A stretch of DNA of 64,000 bases from the human T2T-CHM13v2.0 reference genome, Homo sapiens, in the NCBI RefSeq assembly GCF_009914755.1, contig NC_060926.1, one strand, 5' to 3'. The notes under the pieces are model-generated. The model had not been told where the DNA came from. It worked only from the letters and a program-made list of their open reading frames with translations, and ran no database searches. Shown here piece by piece: positions 49,366-64,000 of the stretch (the stretch's first letter is position 1; the number at the start of each line of letters is the position of its first letter). Both the position numbers and the translations under genes were made by a program.

Positions 49366-50473
49366 CTAAAAAATCATTTCAATTTAACTTCTATTTGCTC
49401 TTATTCATGAAATTACTTAAGATTATATATTAAGCATGTATCAAGGAATAATTGTTAACAATGCTCCTCAAAACATCATAAATGAGACAGGGCTAGCCAA
49501 AACCTCACCAATTTAGAAATATTATTGCTTTATTTTTAGTAAAAACTTGCTAAAAATAATTTTCAATGAATTATAATACAATGTACAGAGAACGCTACAT
49601 AAAAATTTGAAAGAACAGCTTTTTTGTTTTAAAACTTTGAATGAACTGCTCAAAGGCAAGTGGTCTGTGCATGATTTTCTTTATTAAATCATGGCTGCTA
49701 TGAGCTATTTCTTTTGAATAACTATCCTACATTTCTACTAATTCAGACCTAACAATCAGTATTTGACAGAACTAAGATGATCGCTTTACCTATTCACATA
49801 GCTTGTACATCTGGCAAAGAAGGGCCAGATATTGGTTCATATCTAGTAAATTAACTGTGTAAATAAAATGAGTGACTATTTCCAGCAAAACCTCTTGTAA
49901 GTTCACAAGTTTCTTACAGAGTAGTATACTATTAAAAGAGTCTCAAGTTCCCAGGAAGTTTTTTTTTTCTAAGCTAATTTCAGAGCTGTCATTGAATTAT
50001 TAAGAGTTAATATGCCTCAAACACCATATTAAATTCACTGTCAGATTCTAAAATATTTCAAATACCTTATCCTGTCAACGAGAAATTATCCTTTCAGTAA
50101 CCACAATTTTAACAAGTACAATAAAGAATCTTAAATTACGAAATGATTAAAACAGATCAGAGGGCTTTGCATTTTTCTTAAGAATGCTCATCTCTGGGTT
50201 TTCAAAGAAATATCAAAAAACAAAATATTTAACCTTCATAACTAAACATTTTACATGCCAAAGGGAAGGTAAAAATCAAATGCTCCAACAACAACAAAAA
50301 AGAAGTATTGAAGTTTTCAGTAACCTATACAAAGTATAGTAAAATTCATCAAAAGTCAAATCCCTCATGAAATTGAGTACATAATAACAATAAGTATAAA
50401 AAGCAAATTACTTCTATAACAAAGCAATAAATTCTCAAGCTTCTCCGACTTAAAACAAAACTACATTACTTAC

Positions 50474-50542
50474 GTAATAGACGGATCCACTTGTTTATAA
50501 GCATGGGCAGCACAAGACCCACAGTACGTATATCCTGCATGG
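50474..50542 (-). CDS. MEMO1: MEMO1 coding exon (69 nt; [23 protein letters not shown]), includes His49
   Basis: Translation matches MEMO1. Acceptor TAG, donor GTAAGT (50468-50473). Phase 2/2. Confidence 0.97.
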
Positions 50543-50837
50543 CTACAAAACAAAATATTTTTAAACTTAATCATCAGATTCAAAATCAAGATATTCTAGA
50601 AAGAAAAACCTTGAAATAAATACAGTACCTATGGTAAACACAACAGAATTGAGAGCATATGTTAAATAACAATGTAGTTAATGATGTGACTTCTAGAAGA
50701 AATTAGGAAACACATGATCTATACTGTGTTCCAATTCTAAACTTTAAAAATACTTTGTAATTTTTTTTTGTCTGAAAGACAAATTTAGAGGTGTTCAAGT
50801 TTACTTGAAGTTGCTATGTAACACGATTATTGAGGTT

Positions 50838-51141
50838 GGTTTTTGTTGTTGTTTTTTTTTTTTGAGACAGAGTCTCACTTTGTCACCTAGGCTGCAATAC
50901 AGTGGTGCAATCATGGCTCACTTCAGCCTCAACCTCCCAGGCTCAAGCAATCCTCCTGCCTCAGCTTCCTCAGTAGCTGAGACCATAGGCGCATGCCACC
51001 ATTATCTGGCTCATTTGTTATTTTTAACAGACCTGAGTTCTCTGTTGCTGAGGCTGGTCTTGAACTCCTGGGGTCAAGTGATCCTCCTGCCTTGGCCTCA
51101 AAAAGCACTGCAATTACAGGCATAAGCCACCGCACTTGGCC
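50838..51141 (-). mobile_element. AluJ
   Basis: Full-length Alu. Confidence 0.9.
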
Positions 51142-51389
51142 TATAACTGAGTTTTTTTATACTCCTCTTCAGTAGCATTAGCAGACTATTACAGAAAAAT
51201 GATAAACCAACAGGAAGTCAAGTCAGACCAAAACAAATACCCTACAACTATTATAACAACTCACTTCCTTCGAAGACAAAGATAATTATTCTCGTTTTCT
51301 CTCCATACTATTTTTCCCTTTCATCCTCTGGTCTCCGAATTCAGTCAATTCTCTTATCACGCACAGAATGACTGTTTCCTGGTCTCAAA

Positions 51390-51717
51390 AGGTATATGAA
51401 AAAATAGAGATATATCCATACAATGGAATACTCTTCAGCAATAAAAAGAAGTGAACTACTGACACTCAAAATAACTATACTTTTTTTTAAGGGGGTAAAA
51501 ATAAATATACTGAATGGAAGAAAGTCAAACAAAAATAGCTTATTCTGTATGGTTCCATTTAAATAAAATTCTAGAAAATAGCGAGGCATGGTGGCACATG
51601 CCTGTAGTCCCAGCTACTGAAGAGGCTGAGGCAGGAGGATTGCTTAAGCCAAGTTCTATATTACAGTGAGCTATGATCACGCCCACACACCAGCCTGGAT
51701 GACAGAGCGAGATACCA

Positions 51718-51796
<79 letters not shown>

Positions 51797-51995
51797 AGGG
51801 GAAGAGAGGGGAAAAAGAGGTACAGGTACAGAAAGGAAGAATTATAAGCGAACACAAGGAAACTTTTGAGGGTGATGAATATGTTCGTTTTCTTGATTGT
51901 GATAGTTTTATCCTCATACATAGGTCAAACATCAAATTGTGTGCTTTAAATGTACACATTGGTATGCCAATCATATCACAACAAGGCTCTTTTTT
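51390..51995 (+). mobile_element. L1M 3' end with inserted Alu right arm (51577-51760) and A/(TA)n tail
   Basis: tacaatggaatactcttcagcaataaaaag L1M motif. Confidence 0.75.
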
Positions 51996-53404
51996 AAAAA
52001 TGGTCCTAATCTGAAGTAGCTTAAGATATGAATGGAGAAAATGAGACTCACAGCTGTCTACTACAGCAATACAAGATAGTAGTGGCGTTTAATTGGGAGC
52101 TCAATAATATGGAACATACACTAAGTTCACTGAAATCAGTGAAGGCCTTAATTAATCGTAGTCACTCTAGCCCTATACCTCTGGTAAAGGAGCCTATCAA
52201 GTTGCCTCAAAACAGCAATATTCTCACAACCCAGTTCTGATCTTAGCCAGAAGGAAATTTAGTAGTCTTTTGGCTCAGCACACTCAGTTTTGATGTTATC
52301 CTGTGCTAATTTTGATACTAGAGCCTTACCAGGAGACCTATTTTATTCTGTTACAACTCCAGTCTCTGAGTGCCTGAGACGTCACTGCTCACTGCTTCAG
52401 ACTGCTAACACCTGGTTCTTGATCTTAACTAGTTCTCTTACCAGTTTATAAGTACGCCATCTTGCCTGTCCATGTGGACCTTAAAACCAGCTGGTCCATC
52501 TGGATCTGCCCAGCTCTATCTCAAACCTTAGCGACATCTCAGATGTTCAACACTCCCTAGAAATTTTGCTCTCAGTTGTCACTCATATACCATCCCTTCA
52601 CTTCCTAATCCTTACACCTTAAACTGCTCCTTCCACCTTAGATCTTCTTTTCAGACTTTAGCTCCTCTTTGTCATTCTTAAATTTAAAGGCTCTAATCCC
52701 CAATCCATACTCTGATCTCTAAATCAACCTGTCTTTCTAGTCTGAGTCTCTCCCATTTCTACCAATCCTGTTCCTGACCAAGCTCAGTTCTTAACATCCA
52801 GAAAGGCTCTTAGAAACACTGGATTCTTCCCATAACTGCCCTCCACCTGGGTGACTGAGCGAGACTTTATTTCAAAATTAAAAAAAAAAAAAACAAGAAA
52901 AGAAAGAATCATTGGATTCTTTATGTATGGCTAGGACAGAAATAATAAGAGTACAAAGGTAAGGACATTAAGGAAGGGCCTAAAGACTAAAGGAAGAACA
53001 TGAGCAAATGTCCAAGTACATAAGGTAGATGAGAAAATACAAGACAGGCCTGAGTAGAGGAAGAGAGTAATGATAAGCCAGAGTCAGGTAAGGGAATAGG
53101 GGCTTGATAAAACAAGATTCTGAAAAATGCTGTGAGCTCTTGGGCAGGGGTGTGACAATATCAAACTGTTATTAGTCTAGTACTGAAAAGCACTGGCACA
53201 AACTAGCAATTAGAGGCAGGAGGGTGTTAATAGAAGCTCTCTTGAAAATTGTGGCAGTACTCTACCCAAGCATGAGGTACTAATGTCATGGTCTGGAACT
53301 CTATCAGTGCTGGTGGGCAAAGAGAAGCAAATGTGATAGAGTCTAAAAAAGAAAAATTAACAAATCTCAGTGACTGAGCATGGGAGATGATGAAAAGGAT
53401 AATG

Positions 53405-53650
53405 ATAATAATAGTAACATTTACTGACTACTTCCTATGTATCAGGCATCTTCTATGTACTTCAAAGTATTAAATCATGTAATCCCCACTCCAACCATAT
53501 GAGGTAGGAATTATTATTATTGTCATTTTACAGATGAAGAAACTAAAACAGAGAGGTTAAGAAACTTGCTCAAGTTCACAGAGATAGCCAGGACCAAGTC
53601 AGGACTTCAGCCAGGACTGCCTGGCTCTAGAATACATACTGTTACCCACT
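53405..53650 (-). mobile_element. MIR
   Basis: cattttacagatgaagaaact...agaggttaag core. Confidence 0.85.
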
Positions 53651-54332
53651 ATAAGAGATCTTTACATGTTTGAAGGAAGAAAGGAAGGAGTCTGTGGCAT
53701 AGGAAAAGCAATAAGCCTGAAAACGAGAATTCTTACAGAGCATATACCCTATAAAACTACACGAAAGGATGAAAGTTTTGAAAACACAATTAGCTAAGGT
53801 AAATACATGATTAATAATGGAACTCAGATTTCGTGGTTTCAGTCCATTCAGGAGCTGAAGACTTCCAAGTCTGCTTGGAGTAAAGACAAGACAGTTACAG
53901 GGAGAGAAGGAGAGTCTTAAGTTGAAAAGGTCTTAACTTCGAGGCTACACTGCAGAGTATTGAAAAAAAAAATCTGTCAGTGCACTGTGCCTCTTTACCC
54001 CACCACAAAGAACTCTACTTCATCAAAGGAGGAAGAAGATAATAATCAAAGAAGATAATTTCTTGTAATTTCCTTTATCCTCGCCCAGAAACATGGTAAT
54101 GAAGAAAATCAGAATAATGACAATCAAATCACACTACAGATGCTCTTTTCCTAATCCTTCTCTCGCTAACAGACCCTGCGATTCTACATGTATGTGGAAA
54201 CAACGTTTTATCAAGAGATCATTCATAATAAAGGAGGCTTCACTAAAGAAACGGCTAAAGTTTTTTCTTTTGTGCATAACAGCCAAAACAATGAAAATTT
54301 AAGCTCTACAGATATTCTAATATGCACTGTAA

Positions 54333-54671
<339 letters not shown>

Positions 54672-56774
54672 TGTCCCACTTAGTCTTTTAAAAGCTCTTA
54701 AAGTCCTTAATGCAAAAAGCCATCCCCACTAACTTTTCCAAGTCACTCTGATTCCCAACCTAACATATCATGAAGGCAAACACAAAATTATACTTAATAC
54801 CTACAACATTTTATCAAGCTAAAACCTTGCCTCTAAAAATTGATCCTTCTTTTAACAGGGAGTGCTTTTGCTTCTCCCTTTGCTCCTACACAGTAGACCC
54901 TTTACGTCGGCAAGTCTAGTTCCTGACACCAGAATTTCTGTTTTTCCCTGTGGAACTGCAATCAAGTGAGGATGCAAAGGCCATTCATTGCTCATGAACA
55001 TTTACTGGTTATGTGACAGTTTCCCACACAGCAACCTTCCAATGTGGGTATAATTCAAATTCTTACCATAGAAAAATGACCAATTACTACAGGACATGGA
55101 TTTTCACTTGTTCATTCTGAGACCTTCAGGGTCACAGGTGAACAGTATAAACTGTCAATGCCAAGAGTCTACCACACATTCTATGTAAGGCTTTTCATCA
55201 AAGAGGATACAGGGAATAATAAAGGAATACTTAACTAAGATTCAACAAAGTCAGGTCCAATAGTCCTAGTTCTACTTAATAGTAGCAAAATGCAAAATAA
55301 AAAGATTGAACTAGATGAAATGAGAAGACTGAACCAGAGGAAATGGGAAGATCTCCTCCAACAATAGGAAAAGTCACAAGATCTACTTAAGCTAAGGTAA
55401 GATCTAAAAAGCTAGAAACTAAATTAGAAAACTCCTCTGAACAGATGGGATCAATTTGATTGACAACTGGCCCTATATAATTTGCAAATGCAGCAGCTTC
55501 CACATTGCCTCTCTCAATTTAATTTTGCTGTACCTAGTCTTTTATTCTTTTATTTTGTAGGCATTGCTCAATGGCCCTCAAGATTCCTGTTTTGATAAAA
55601 AATATCAGTAGATAATTGTGCCCAAAAAAGTCCAAGTTAGATAGTTATTATTCAGAATATTTTATTTTTACATAATAGAATCTCATAAATATTAAATAGT
55701 CTGAGCTAAGGAAAGTTATTAAAGTTATTGAAGTCAAATAAGAATGAACTAACCAGAATGTTGCATATCTAGATATTTTTTGTACTGTCATATAGGATTT
55801 GAGACTTTGACATGAATATCCTATGGCTTAGTACAAACAATAATTAGAGACAAATAAGCTGTGCATCCTCAGTAACTTGAAGAACTAAATAATGTATGAA
55901 GATTGTCTCATGATATCCAGTGGTAGAGCACTGTACAGGTATGCTTCACTATATACAAACTTGTCTTCTATATACACGCTTTTTAGCATTTACATTTTTT
56001 AAACTAATTTTTATATTAAAAGTAACACATGCACACAGTAAAAAAGTCAAACAATAAAGGGTACACAATGAAAAGTGGAAGTATCCTTTCTCCCATACTA
56101 CTCCTACTAGGTTAACTAATATCAAGTCAAAGTCCTACTAGGTTAACTAATATCAAGTATTTTAAATGTATAAGGGGGGCTTCAATATTCAAAGTACCTG
56201 TTTTATAGTAAAAAAAATTCATGTTAACCAATTATTTGATTACATTTTTATATTTAATAAGTTTCTTAAGCGATGCATATCTGTACAGCTTCATTCTAGG
56301 GGTTGCTGACATATTTCTGCATAGTGCAAGACAAGCAAGAAGATTGGTATGAAGATATCTGGAAGTCATGTAGAAAGGCATTTCAGACTTTTAGCTCATG
56401 AGATCATTTCAATATATATCTCTGCGACACATACTGTCTCCTACACATCAAGGTAAGGTAGTTCTGAATTCAACCACAGTACATTTCTAATCAAATTAAT
56501 TTCTTTTAAATCCTCCAAACGTGCCTGCCTTATGTCACACAGATTAGAATTCATTAAGATAGAACAACAGTTGACAGGTCAATATTTATTCTTTAATGGT
56601 ATTTATTCTATTTAATCTATATCAATATAAAAATGAACAATATTTTTAAGCACTTTCAAAAACTTGCCATTTTCACACAGCCTAATTAGTTACAACTATA
56701 TCCAGGTTCTGAGTTTATTTAAGGTTTCCATGATATGATTTATGCCTATAAAGGTAAAAAAAAAAAACTAAGAA

Positions 56775-57153
<379 letters not shown>

Positions 57154-57195
57154 CTAATTATTAAATAGCATAACCCTTTCATGCCATAGAACAAT

Positions 57196-57490
57196 ATTTT
57201 TTTTTTTTTTTGAGACAGGGTCTCACTCCCATTACCCAGGCTGGGGTGCAGTGGTGCAATCTCAGCTCAGTGCAGCCCCAACCTCCCGGGCTCAAGTGAT
57301 CCTCTCATCTCAGCTTCTGGAGTAGCTGGGGCTGCAGGCTCATGCCACCACACCCAGCTAATTTTTGTATTTTTTGTAGAGGGGGTTTCGCCATGTTGCA
57401 CAGGCTAGTCTCAAACTCCTGAGCTCAAGCATCTTCCCACCTCAGGCTCCGAAAGTGCTGGGATTACAAGCATGAGCCACTGCACCCAGT
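57196..57490 (-). mobile_element. AluJ
   Basis: Full-length Alu. Confidence 0.92.
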
Positions 57491-58099
57491 AACAATGAAA
57501 GATTTGTTTTCTACCTCAAAAAAAAAAAAAGATAGCCTTGGAAAGGAAAATAATTACTTCTGGAAACCATATAAGATAAAACTTGGCTATACTTATAAAG
57601 TCTTCCTATGTTAACGAAATAGAAATTGCCTATGAATGCACATTTATATATGTTTATTGTATGTTTATATTTATGTTTTTATATGTTTATATGTTTATTA
57701 TAACATTTATTATACGTTATATACAAAGTCAGCATGTCACAGAAACACACCAAAGCCAAAACTATTTTCAAATATCCATTTTAAAATCTGGGGTAACTTG
57801 GAAATCAACATATTTGTAATTTAGGCTAAAACATTCCATTTCCCAGGTCACTCCCAATTATTCCAATTTAAAATTAATTACAAAAAGGAAACAAGTCTGG
57901 CTACTTTTTTATGAATACTAAACTCAACTTAATTATATGTTGATTCAACTCAGCTCCCAAATTTAGAACAAGTTTTAACTGGAAAGGTAGCATACCATAA
58001 TAGTCAAATACCAGCAAATTGATGAAATGAGAATGTCTCTCGTGAGTTACTATAAAGAAATTATTATTAATCCATTGTTTCTCACCTAATCAAGGATCC

Positions 58100-59990
58100 C
58101 TCTTAGGTAAATGTCCCCTCTTATCCCTGCATCAATTTTTCTTCCCCTACTGACTCACTTCATATACAAACACTTTAAAATCTCACAAATGAAATAAAAA
58201 TCCTCCTTACCATATAGATACTATCCTATTTCTCTGTTTTACAGCAAAATTCCTCAAAAAACTATCTATACTTACGTCTTCATCGCCCTCACCTCTCATT
58301 CTTTCCTAAACCTACTCCAATAATACTTTCATTTCCACCACCCCACAGAAACTTTTCTTCTCAAGGTCACCAGTGATTTCCACATTGCCAAATCCAATTA
58401 TCAATCCTCAGTCCTCACTGGCAGCATTTGATACAGCTGATCACTTTTTCCCCCGACACATTTTTCATCCTTTGGCCTCTCAGAGACATCACTCACTCTT
58501 GATTTTCCTCCTTCCTCACTTATTCTCCCTTCATTATCTCCTTTGCAAATGTTCATCTTTATTCTAGCCTCTAAAAAGGTGGCTTATCCAAGGGGCTAGT
58601 CCTTGAAACTCTTCTCCTGTTTATCTTTATTTTATTCCCTAGGCAACCATACCCTCTGTGATTATATATACTAATAAAGCCTTTATTTCTATCTCAAGTC
58701 TGGTGCCTCTTCTTTGTACTCCAGATTCATATAGCCAGCTGCCCATTCTAAATCTCCATTTGGATATCTAATAAGCACCTCAACATTAACAAGATCAAAA
58801 CCAAAAACCTAGATTCTATACGAACACTTCAAAATCTACTCCATACTTCCACTTGTCTTCCCCTTATCAGTATAAAGGTAATTCCATCCTTCTAGTTTCA
58901 CAGGACAAAACTTAAGAATCATTCAGTCATGATATTTTAAAACCATGTCTTAAAAATATATTTAAAGACAGGGTATCTCACTGTTGCCCAAGCGGGAGTA
59001 CAGTGGTGCAAACAGACCATAGCTCACTGTAGCCTCCCCCTGGGCTCAAGGGATCCTCCTCCCTCCATCTACCAAGTAGCTAGGACTACAGTTGCATCCC
59101 ATCACATCCAGCTAATTTTTGTAGAGATGGAGTCTTGTTTTGTTGCCCATGCTGATCTCAAACTCCTGGCCTCAAGCAATCCTCCTGCTTAGGCCTCCCA
59201 AAGGGCTGGGATTACAGGCGTGAGTCACTGCCCCTAGCCAAGTGTCATTCTTGACTCTTCTTCTCTCTATCTTGTTGGTCCAACCTTTAAAACATATCCA
59301 GAATACACTACTTCTCATCATCTCTGCCTCAAGCCCCCAATCCAAGCCACTATGTCATCTCTTTTCTATAATTATAATTGTAAAATAAGCCTCCTAAACT
59401 GGACTCCCTGTTCCCACATAATATAATATCCATACAGCAGCAAGAGTAATTCTTTTCAAACCTAAGTCAGATCATGTCATTCTACTGCTCAAAACTTGTC
59501 ATGACTTGCCATATCACTCAGAATAAAAACCAAAGTCCTTATGACTACAAAGCCTCTTCATGATCTAGCCCTCCGCTGCCTATCTCATCTACCACTCTTC
59601 CCCTTGTACTGCCACTCCAGCTGCACTGGCCTCCTTGCTTCTCCTCAAACACACTAAGCATACTCTTGTTCCAGAGCCTTTGTGCTCACTGTTCCTCAAC
59701 CTGAAACCCTCTTCCCTCAGCTATCTGCACAGCTTGCTCTCTCACATCATTCAGACTAAAATGTTACCTTACCAGGGAGTCCTTTTCTTACTAATCCTAT
59801 ATAAAACAGTAACACCCTACCCATACTGTCACTCTCAATCCTCTATCTGCTTTATTTTTCTTCTTAGCACCCATCAGCACCTGACATAGAATATAATTAT
59901 TTGTTTACTGCCTGTCTTCCCTAGTACCAAAATGCTAGTACCACAAGAGTGGCAACTTTGATTTACTCAAAATGCAGCACAAAGAAGAGC
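58100..59990. mobile_element. L2 relic interrupted by an AluJ (58955-59240, minus)
   Basis: caaggtcaccagtgat...gcagcatttgatacagctgatcac and aagtcagatcatgtca L2 motifs. Confidence 0.8.
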
Positions 59991-60915
59991 ACTTGGCCTT
60001 TAGCCTGGTATGTAAATGACTAAATAAATAGTAGTAAGTCATTTGCTGTAAGTTTTATAAAGATTAGTTCATTTAATCTTTTGTTAAAAGCGTTAAGGAA
60101 ATACTATTATTATTCCAGCTTTACCAATGAGGAGCTGAAATCCCAACAGATAAAAAAGTTGCATGTCACATAGCTTGTAAGTAGGAGTCAGGCTCCTGCA
60201 CCCATTAAATGAGATCAAGTTAGATATACAAATAAGGCATTTAACAAAATATTTGGTATATAAAATGCCTACCATTAATAGTAGGCTCTTTATGTGTATT
60301 TACTATTTGCTCATTTAATTCTGATATTGATTAAAAACGGTTATTATATATTGTCATCACTATTTACTATTTATCAGGGCATGAACCTTAACCCAATAGA
60401 AGTCACAAACAACAACATGCTATGAGACAAATGGCACAGAGTAAACCTTCACTCTTCTCAGAAAAAATGTTACCATGTGTTTCAAACAATATGTTGTGAA
60501 GGTTAGCACTGGAAACCAAATCAAAATTAACTGAATTCATATCATACACAGACACACATCATTAACTGTGTATGTGCTAGCTTGCAGTTCTAAAAAGCAA
60601 ACTCTAAAATCCAAAGACAAAATAATCAGATTTTCTCAATTAAAAAAAGACACAATCTACTCCTCCTCAAAAATTAAGTTGCTATTCCATGTTGCACCAT
60701 ACTATGCTTAATATATCTTTTTCATTATAAATTAAAAATCATCGGGATTAAATTAGATCTCTTTAATATTTAAAATAGAACTTATTCATTTATAGCAATG
60801 GCTACCAAAATTGGCAAGTTTACCTGATGTAAAAAACACTTTTCTTTAAAAGTCAGTTTTATTATCAAAAATACATTTTGAAATTACTCTATCTGAGGAA
60901 ATAAAGTAGCCAATT

Positions 60916-61232
<317 letters not shown>

Positions 61233-61417
61233 TAGCCAATTCTTTTATCCTTAAGTTACAGTGAAAACCCACAAGAATTGTGAAAATTACTGAATACAAT
61301 TTCTTCAGCTCAGTATAGACTTCAGTTTTTAATTTTTAGTTCAATCTGTAGATACTCATTTACTAATAATAAACATACAAAAAAGATTTTAAGTAGACTC
61401 TTAAAACTTACAGTGCA

Positions 61418-61701
61418 GGCCAGGCGTGAGCGAGACCGAGGCAGGTGGATCATTTGAGGTCGGCAGTTTAAGACCAGCCTGGCCAACATGGTAAAACTCC
61501 GTCTCTACTAAAAATACAAAAATTGGCCAGGTGTGGTGGCACACGCCTGTAGTCCCAACTGCTCAGGAGGTTGAGGCAGGAGAGTCGCTTGAACCTGGGA
61601 GGCGGAGGTTGCAGTGAGCCGAGACCATGCCACTGTACTTCAGCCTGGGCGACACAGGGAGACTCCTTCTCAAAAAACAAAACAAAAACAAAAACAAAAA
61701 A
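61418..61701 (+). mobile_element. AluS abutting the MEMO1 splice donor
   Basis: Alu with a deletion near its 5' end. The tail ends 7 nt from the exon boundary at 61709. Confidence 0.92.
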
Positions 61702-61708
61702 GACTTAC

Positions 61709-61790
61709 GGGGCAATAATGGCTCTAGCAGGTCTTTTTGTAGACTGTACTTGTGAAAGCCAACCTTCTAGCTGTGCATTCAGCTGCGGTC
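61709..61790 (-). CDS. MEMO1: MEMO1 coding exon (82 nt; [28 protein letters not shown])
   Basis: Manual translation matches MEMO1 residues 21-48. Acceptor TAG (plus ct 61791-61792), donor GTAAGT (plus acttac 61703-61708). Phase 1 in, phase 2 out. Confidence 0.97.
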
Positions 61791-62149
61791 CTATAAAAAG
61801 ACAAAGACAAAATTAGAGTCAGCAAAGCAATGTACTACAGATAAACATATGTGGCATAAAGCCCTCACTGAACTTATGTGGGACTAAACTAGCTTAATGC
61901 GCAATAGGATCATCAGTTGGGATGTTAATGTTTGAATTTACCAACTACACAGTCTCTAACAAGCCATATGATAAGGCCAAATTCTGACTAAACAAAATTT
62001 GCTTTTATCGATTTACTTATTTACAGCTGTCTTCATTTCAGAGCAACACAATGTGATTTACAAGTTGAGGCAATATTTAAACAAAATAAAACAGGAAGCA
62101 GAAACTCTCAGTGTATGAAGAGGAAATAATTGAATATGTTATAGAGCAC

Positions 62150-63880
62150 CAAAATCTGCTCTACAGATTAATCACTGAAATGACATCCACAGAAGGTAAT
62201 CACTTCCACACCCAATGATCTTTTCTTCCATCCCACTCCAGTCCCCTATTCTCATAATGAAATATCGATAACCAGTAACTACGCTACCTTAAAAATCTCA
62301 GTTTCAAGCATCTCAGCTTCTTTACTCAATATACTAATTTTTCCAATTCACTACCAGAAACCTGTTAACTCCAACAGACCCTACAAATTTTTCCACTGTC
62401 CTTCGTCTCTACTTCTTACCTAGTCTGAGACTCAAAAATCCATCATCACAGTCATTTCCTTGCTGTGGCCTCACTCCTCTGCTCCTCTCTCCCTCCATCA
62501 CAGTCAAAACATAGTTTAAAACCAACTTTCCACTTAACTCAGTACTTTTACCTGAATAGCTGAATGAGACTAAAGAGAAATACAACCATATAAACTTTAA
62601 AATAATAACCATAAATTTCAGCAGACCCCTAAAATGCTCAGAAATCCCATCACATTAACGTAGTGAATCTGCTCTCCTATCTTTAAGATAGAGAATTAAC
62701 TCATACCTTCTCTTTTCACCTTAAGCCTCAATACTTCCTTCATCCCCTTATCACTTCCAGAAGATAATAATCAATGCTTTTCATTTTGTCAAGGAAAAAC
62801 AATCAGAAGTTGGCCCAAGACTTTCCCAGTTTTAGCACTGGAAGTGCTGCATTCTGAGAAACTGCTAAATCACAAGCAAACCTGGATGTTGGTCACCCTA
62901 AACTGAGAAGATAACTACTTCATCTTCCCACCACTTATTCTGCTTTCCCTCGTATTTCAACAAATTGTCCTTGTTCCTATCAAGAGCCAAACGGTATTTC
63001 TGTACTGGATCCCATTATTTTTTTCTTTCTCAAGGATTCTGCTCCCATAACTATTATAGGTCTCCTATACCAATTCTTCCCTTTTTTACTTTATCATTAT
63101 TATTAGCATGCAAATGTGTCATACTAACACTGATTAATTTCCCTTCAACTACCCCTCCATTTCTTTGGTCCCCTTTACAACAAATTTTCTTGAAGAGTTG
63201 TCCTCATTTCCTTCCACTGCTTGCCATCCATTCTTTCTTTTAAAACTTTTAATCATTAAATATTTAAACATTACAAAAGAATCTAGGTAATAATATAACA
63301 AACACACACATACCCACTGCCTAAATAAATTAAATCTTAACATTCTACCTTATTTACTTAAGATTTTCCTTGGTTAAGAAATAAATGAATACCTTGCTGA
63401 TCCCTTTGTACATCTCCCTCCTTAGAGGTAACCACTTCCTGAGTTTGGTGTTTATCATTCTATTCTACTTTCACTGTATATGTATCAATAAACAATAAGT
63501 GGTATTGTTCTGCATGTTTTCAAATGTTGTATCAATATACTGTACACAACCTTCTGCAACTTGCTTTAGTAATTCAACATTGTTTTGAAAATTACTCAAG
63601 TTGATATATGTTGCCCTAAATCATTCATTTGCAGGGCTGTATAGTACTGCACTATACGAATATAGCAAAATTTATCTATTCACTTTCCTACTTACAAATA
63701 CTTTAGTTGTTGCCAATGTTTCACTATTAATACATAATGCTACAAGTATCCTATGAACATATGTTAACAGTTTCTCTAAAAGTAAAAGTGCTGAATCAGA
63801 GGGTGTACTCTTCTTCAACTTGACTACAGCATTGCTAACTTGCCCACTAAGGTAGCTGGATCAACTTATCCATCAGTATA
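62150..63880. mobile_element. L2 relic followed by old L1M 3' sequence
   Basis: Pyrimidine-rich L2-like blocks, then an L1ME-like gaggtaaccact...tttcactatt motif. Confidence 0.55.
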
Positions 63881-64000
63881 CAGGCAAATTAAAATTTAAA
63901 ATAAGAGGCCTAATTCTACCTGTACTCCCCGACCCCCTTTTCTTAGAGGATTTTCTTTCAAAACCTGGTAAATTCTTTCTCTGCCTGCTTAGAGATGTAT

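Noticed and set aside
57640-57725. (TATGTT)n-like tract
   Set aside because: Ordinary low-complexity sequence.

Overview
Primate, almost certainly human, genomic DNA lying entirely inside the MEMO1 gene on the minus strand. Six consecutive coding exons (codons G21-M219) were reconstructed base by base with GT-AG boundaries and continuous phase. The first and last exons lie outside the window. The introns are dense in Alu, L1, L2, MIR, MaLR LTR and hAT DNA-transposon relics, and nearly all entries in the ORF track are repeat-derived or spurious. The main unexpected structure is in the intron between the exons at 10402-10544 and 1807-1883. A ~345-bp quasi-palindromic cassette (5185-5529) defines a complete 300-nt exon on BOTH strands. 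On the MEMO1 strand it is a predicted PTC-bearing (poison) exon. It is linked by a long-range inverted repeat (5531-5570 with 10170-10204) in the ITR/ICR layout of a DIRS-type tyrosine-recombinase retroelement about 5 kb long. Other findings: an Alu whose target-site duplication copied a MEMO1 splice donor, a frame-preserving stop-free three-exon circle (294 nt), and a twin-primed inverted L1PA. Repeat family names come from recognition without a database search, and repeat boundaries are approximate.
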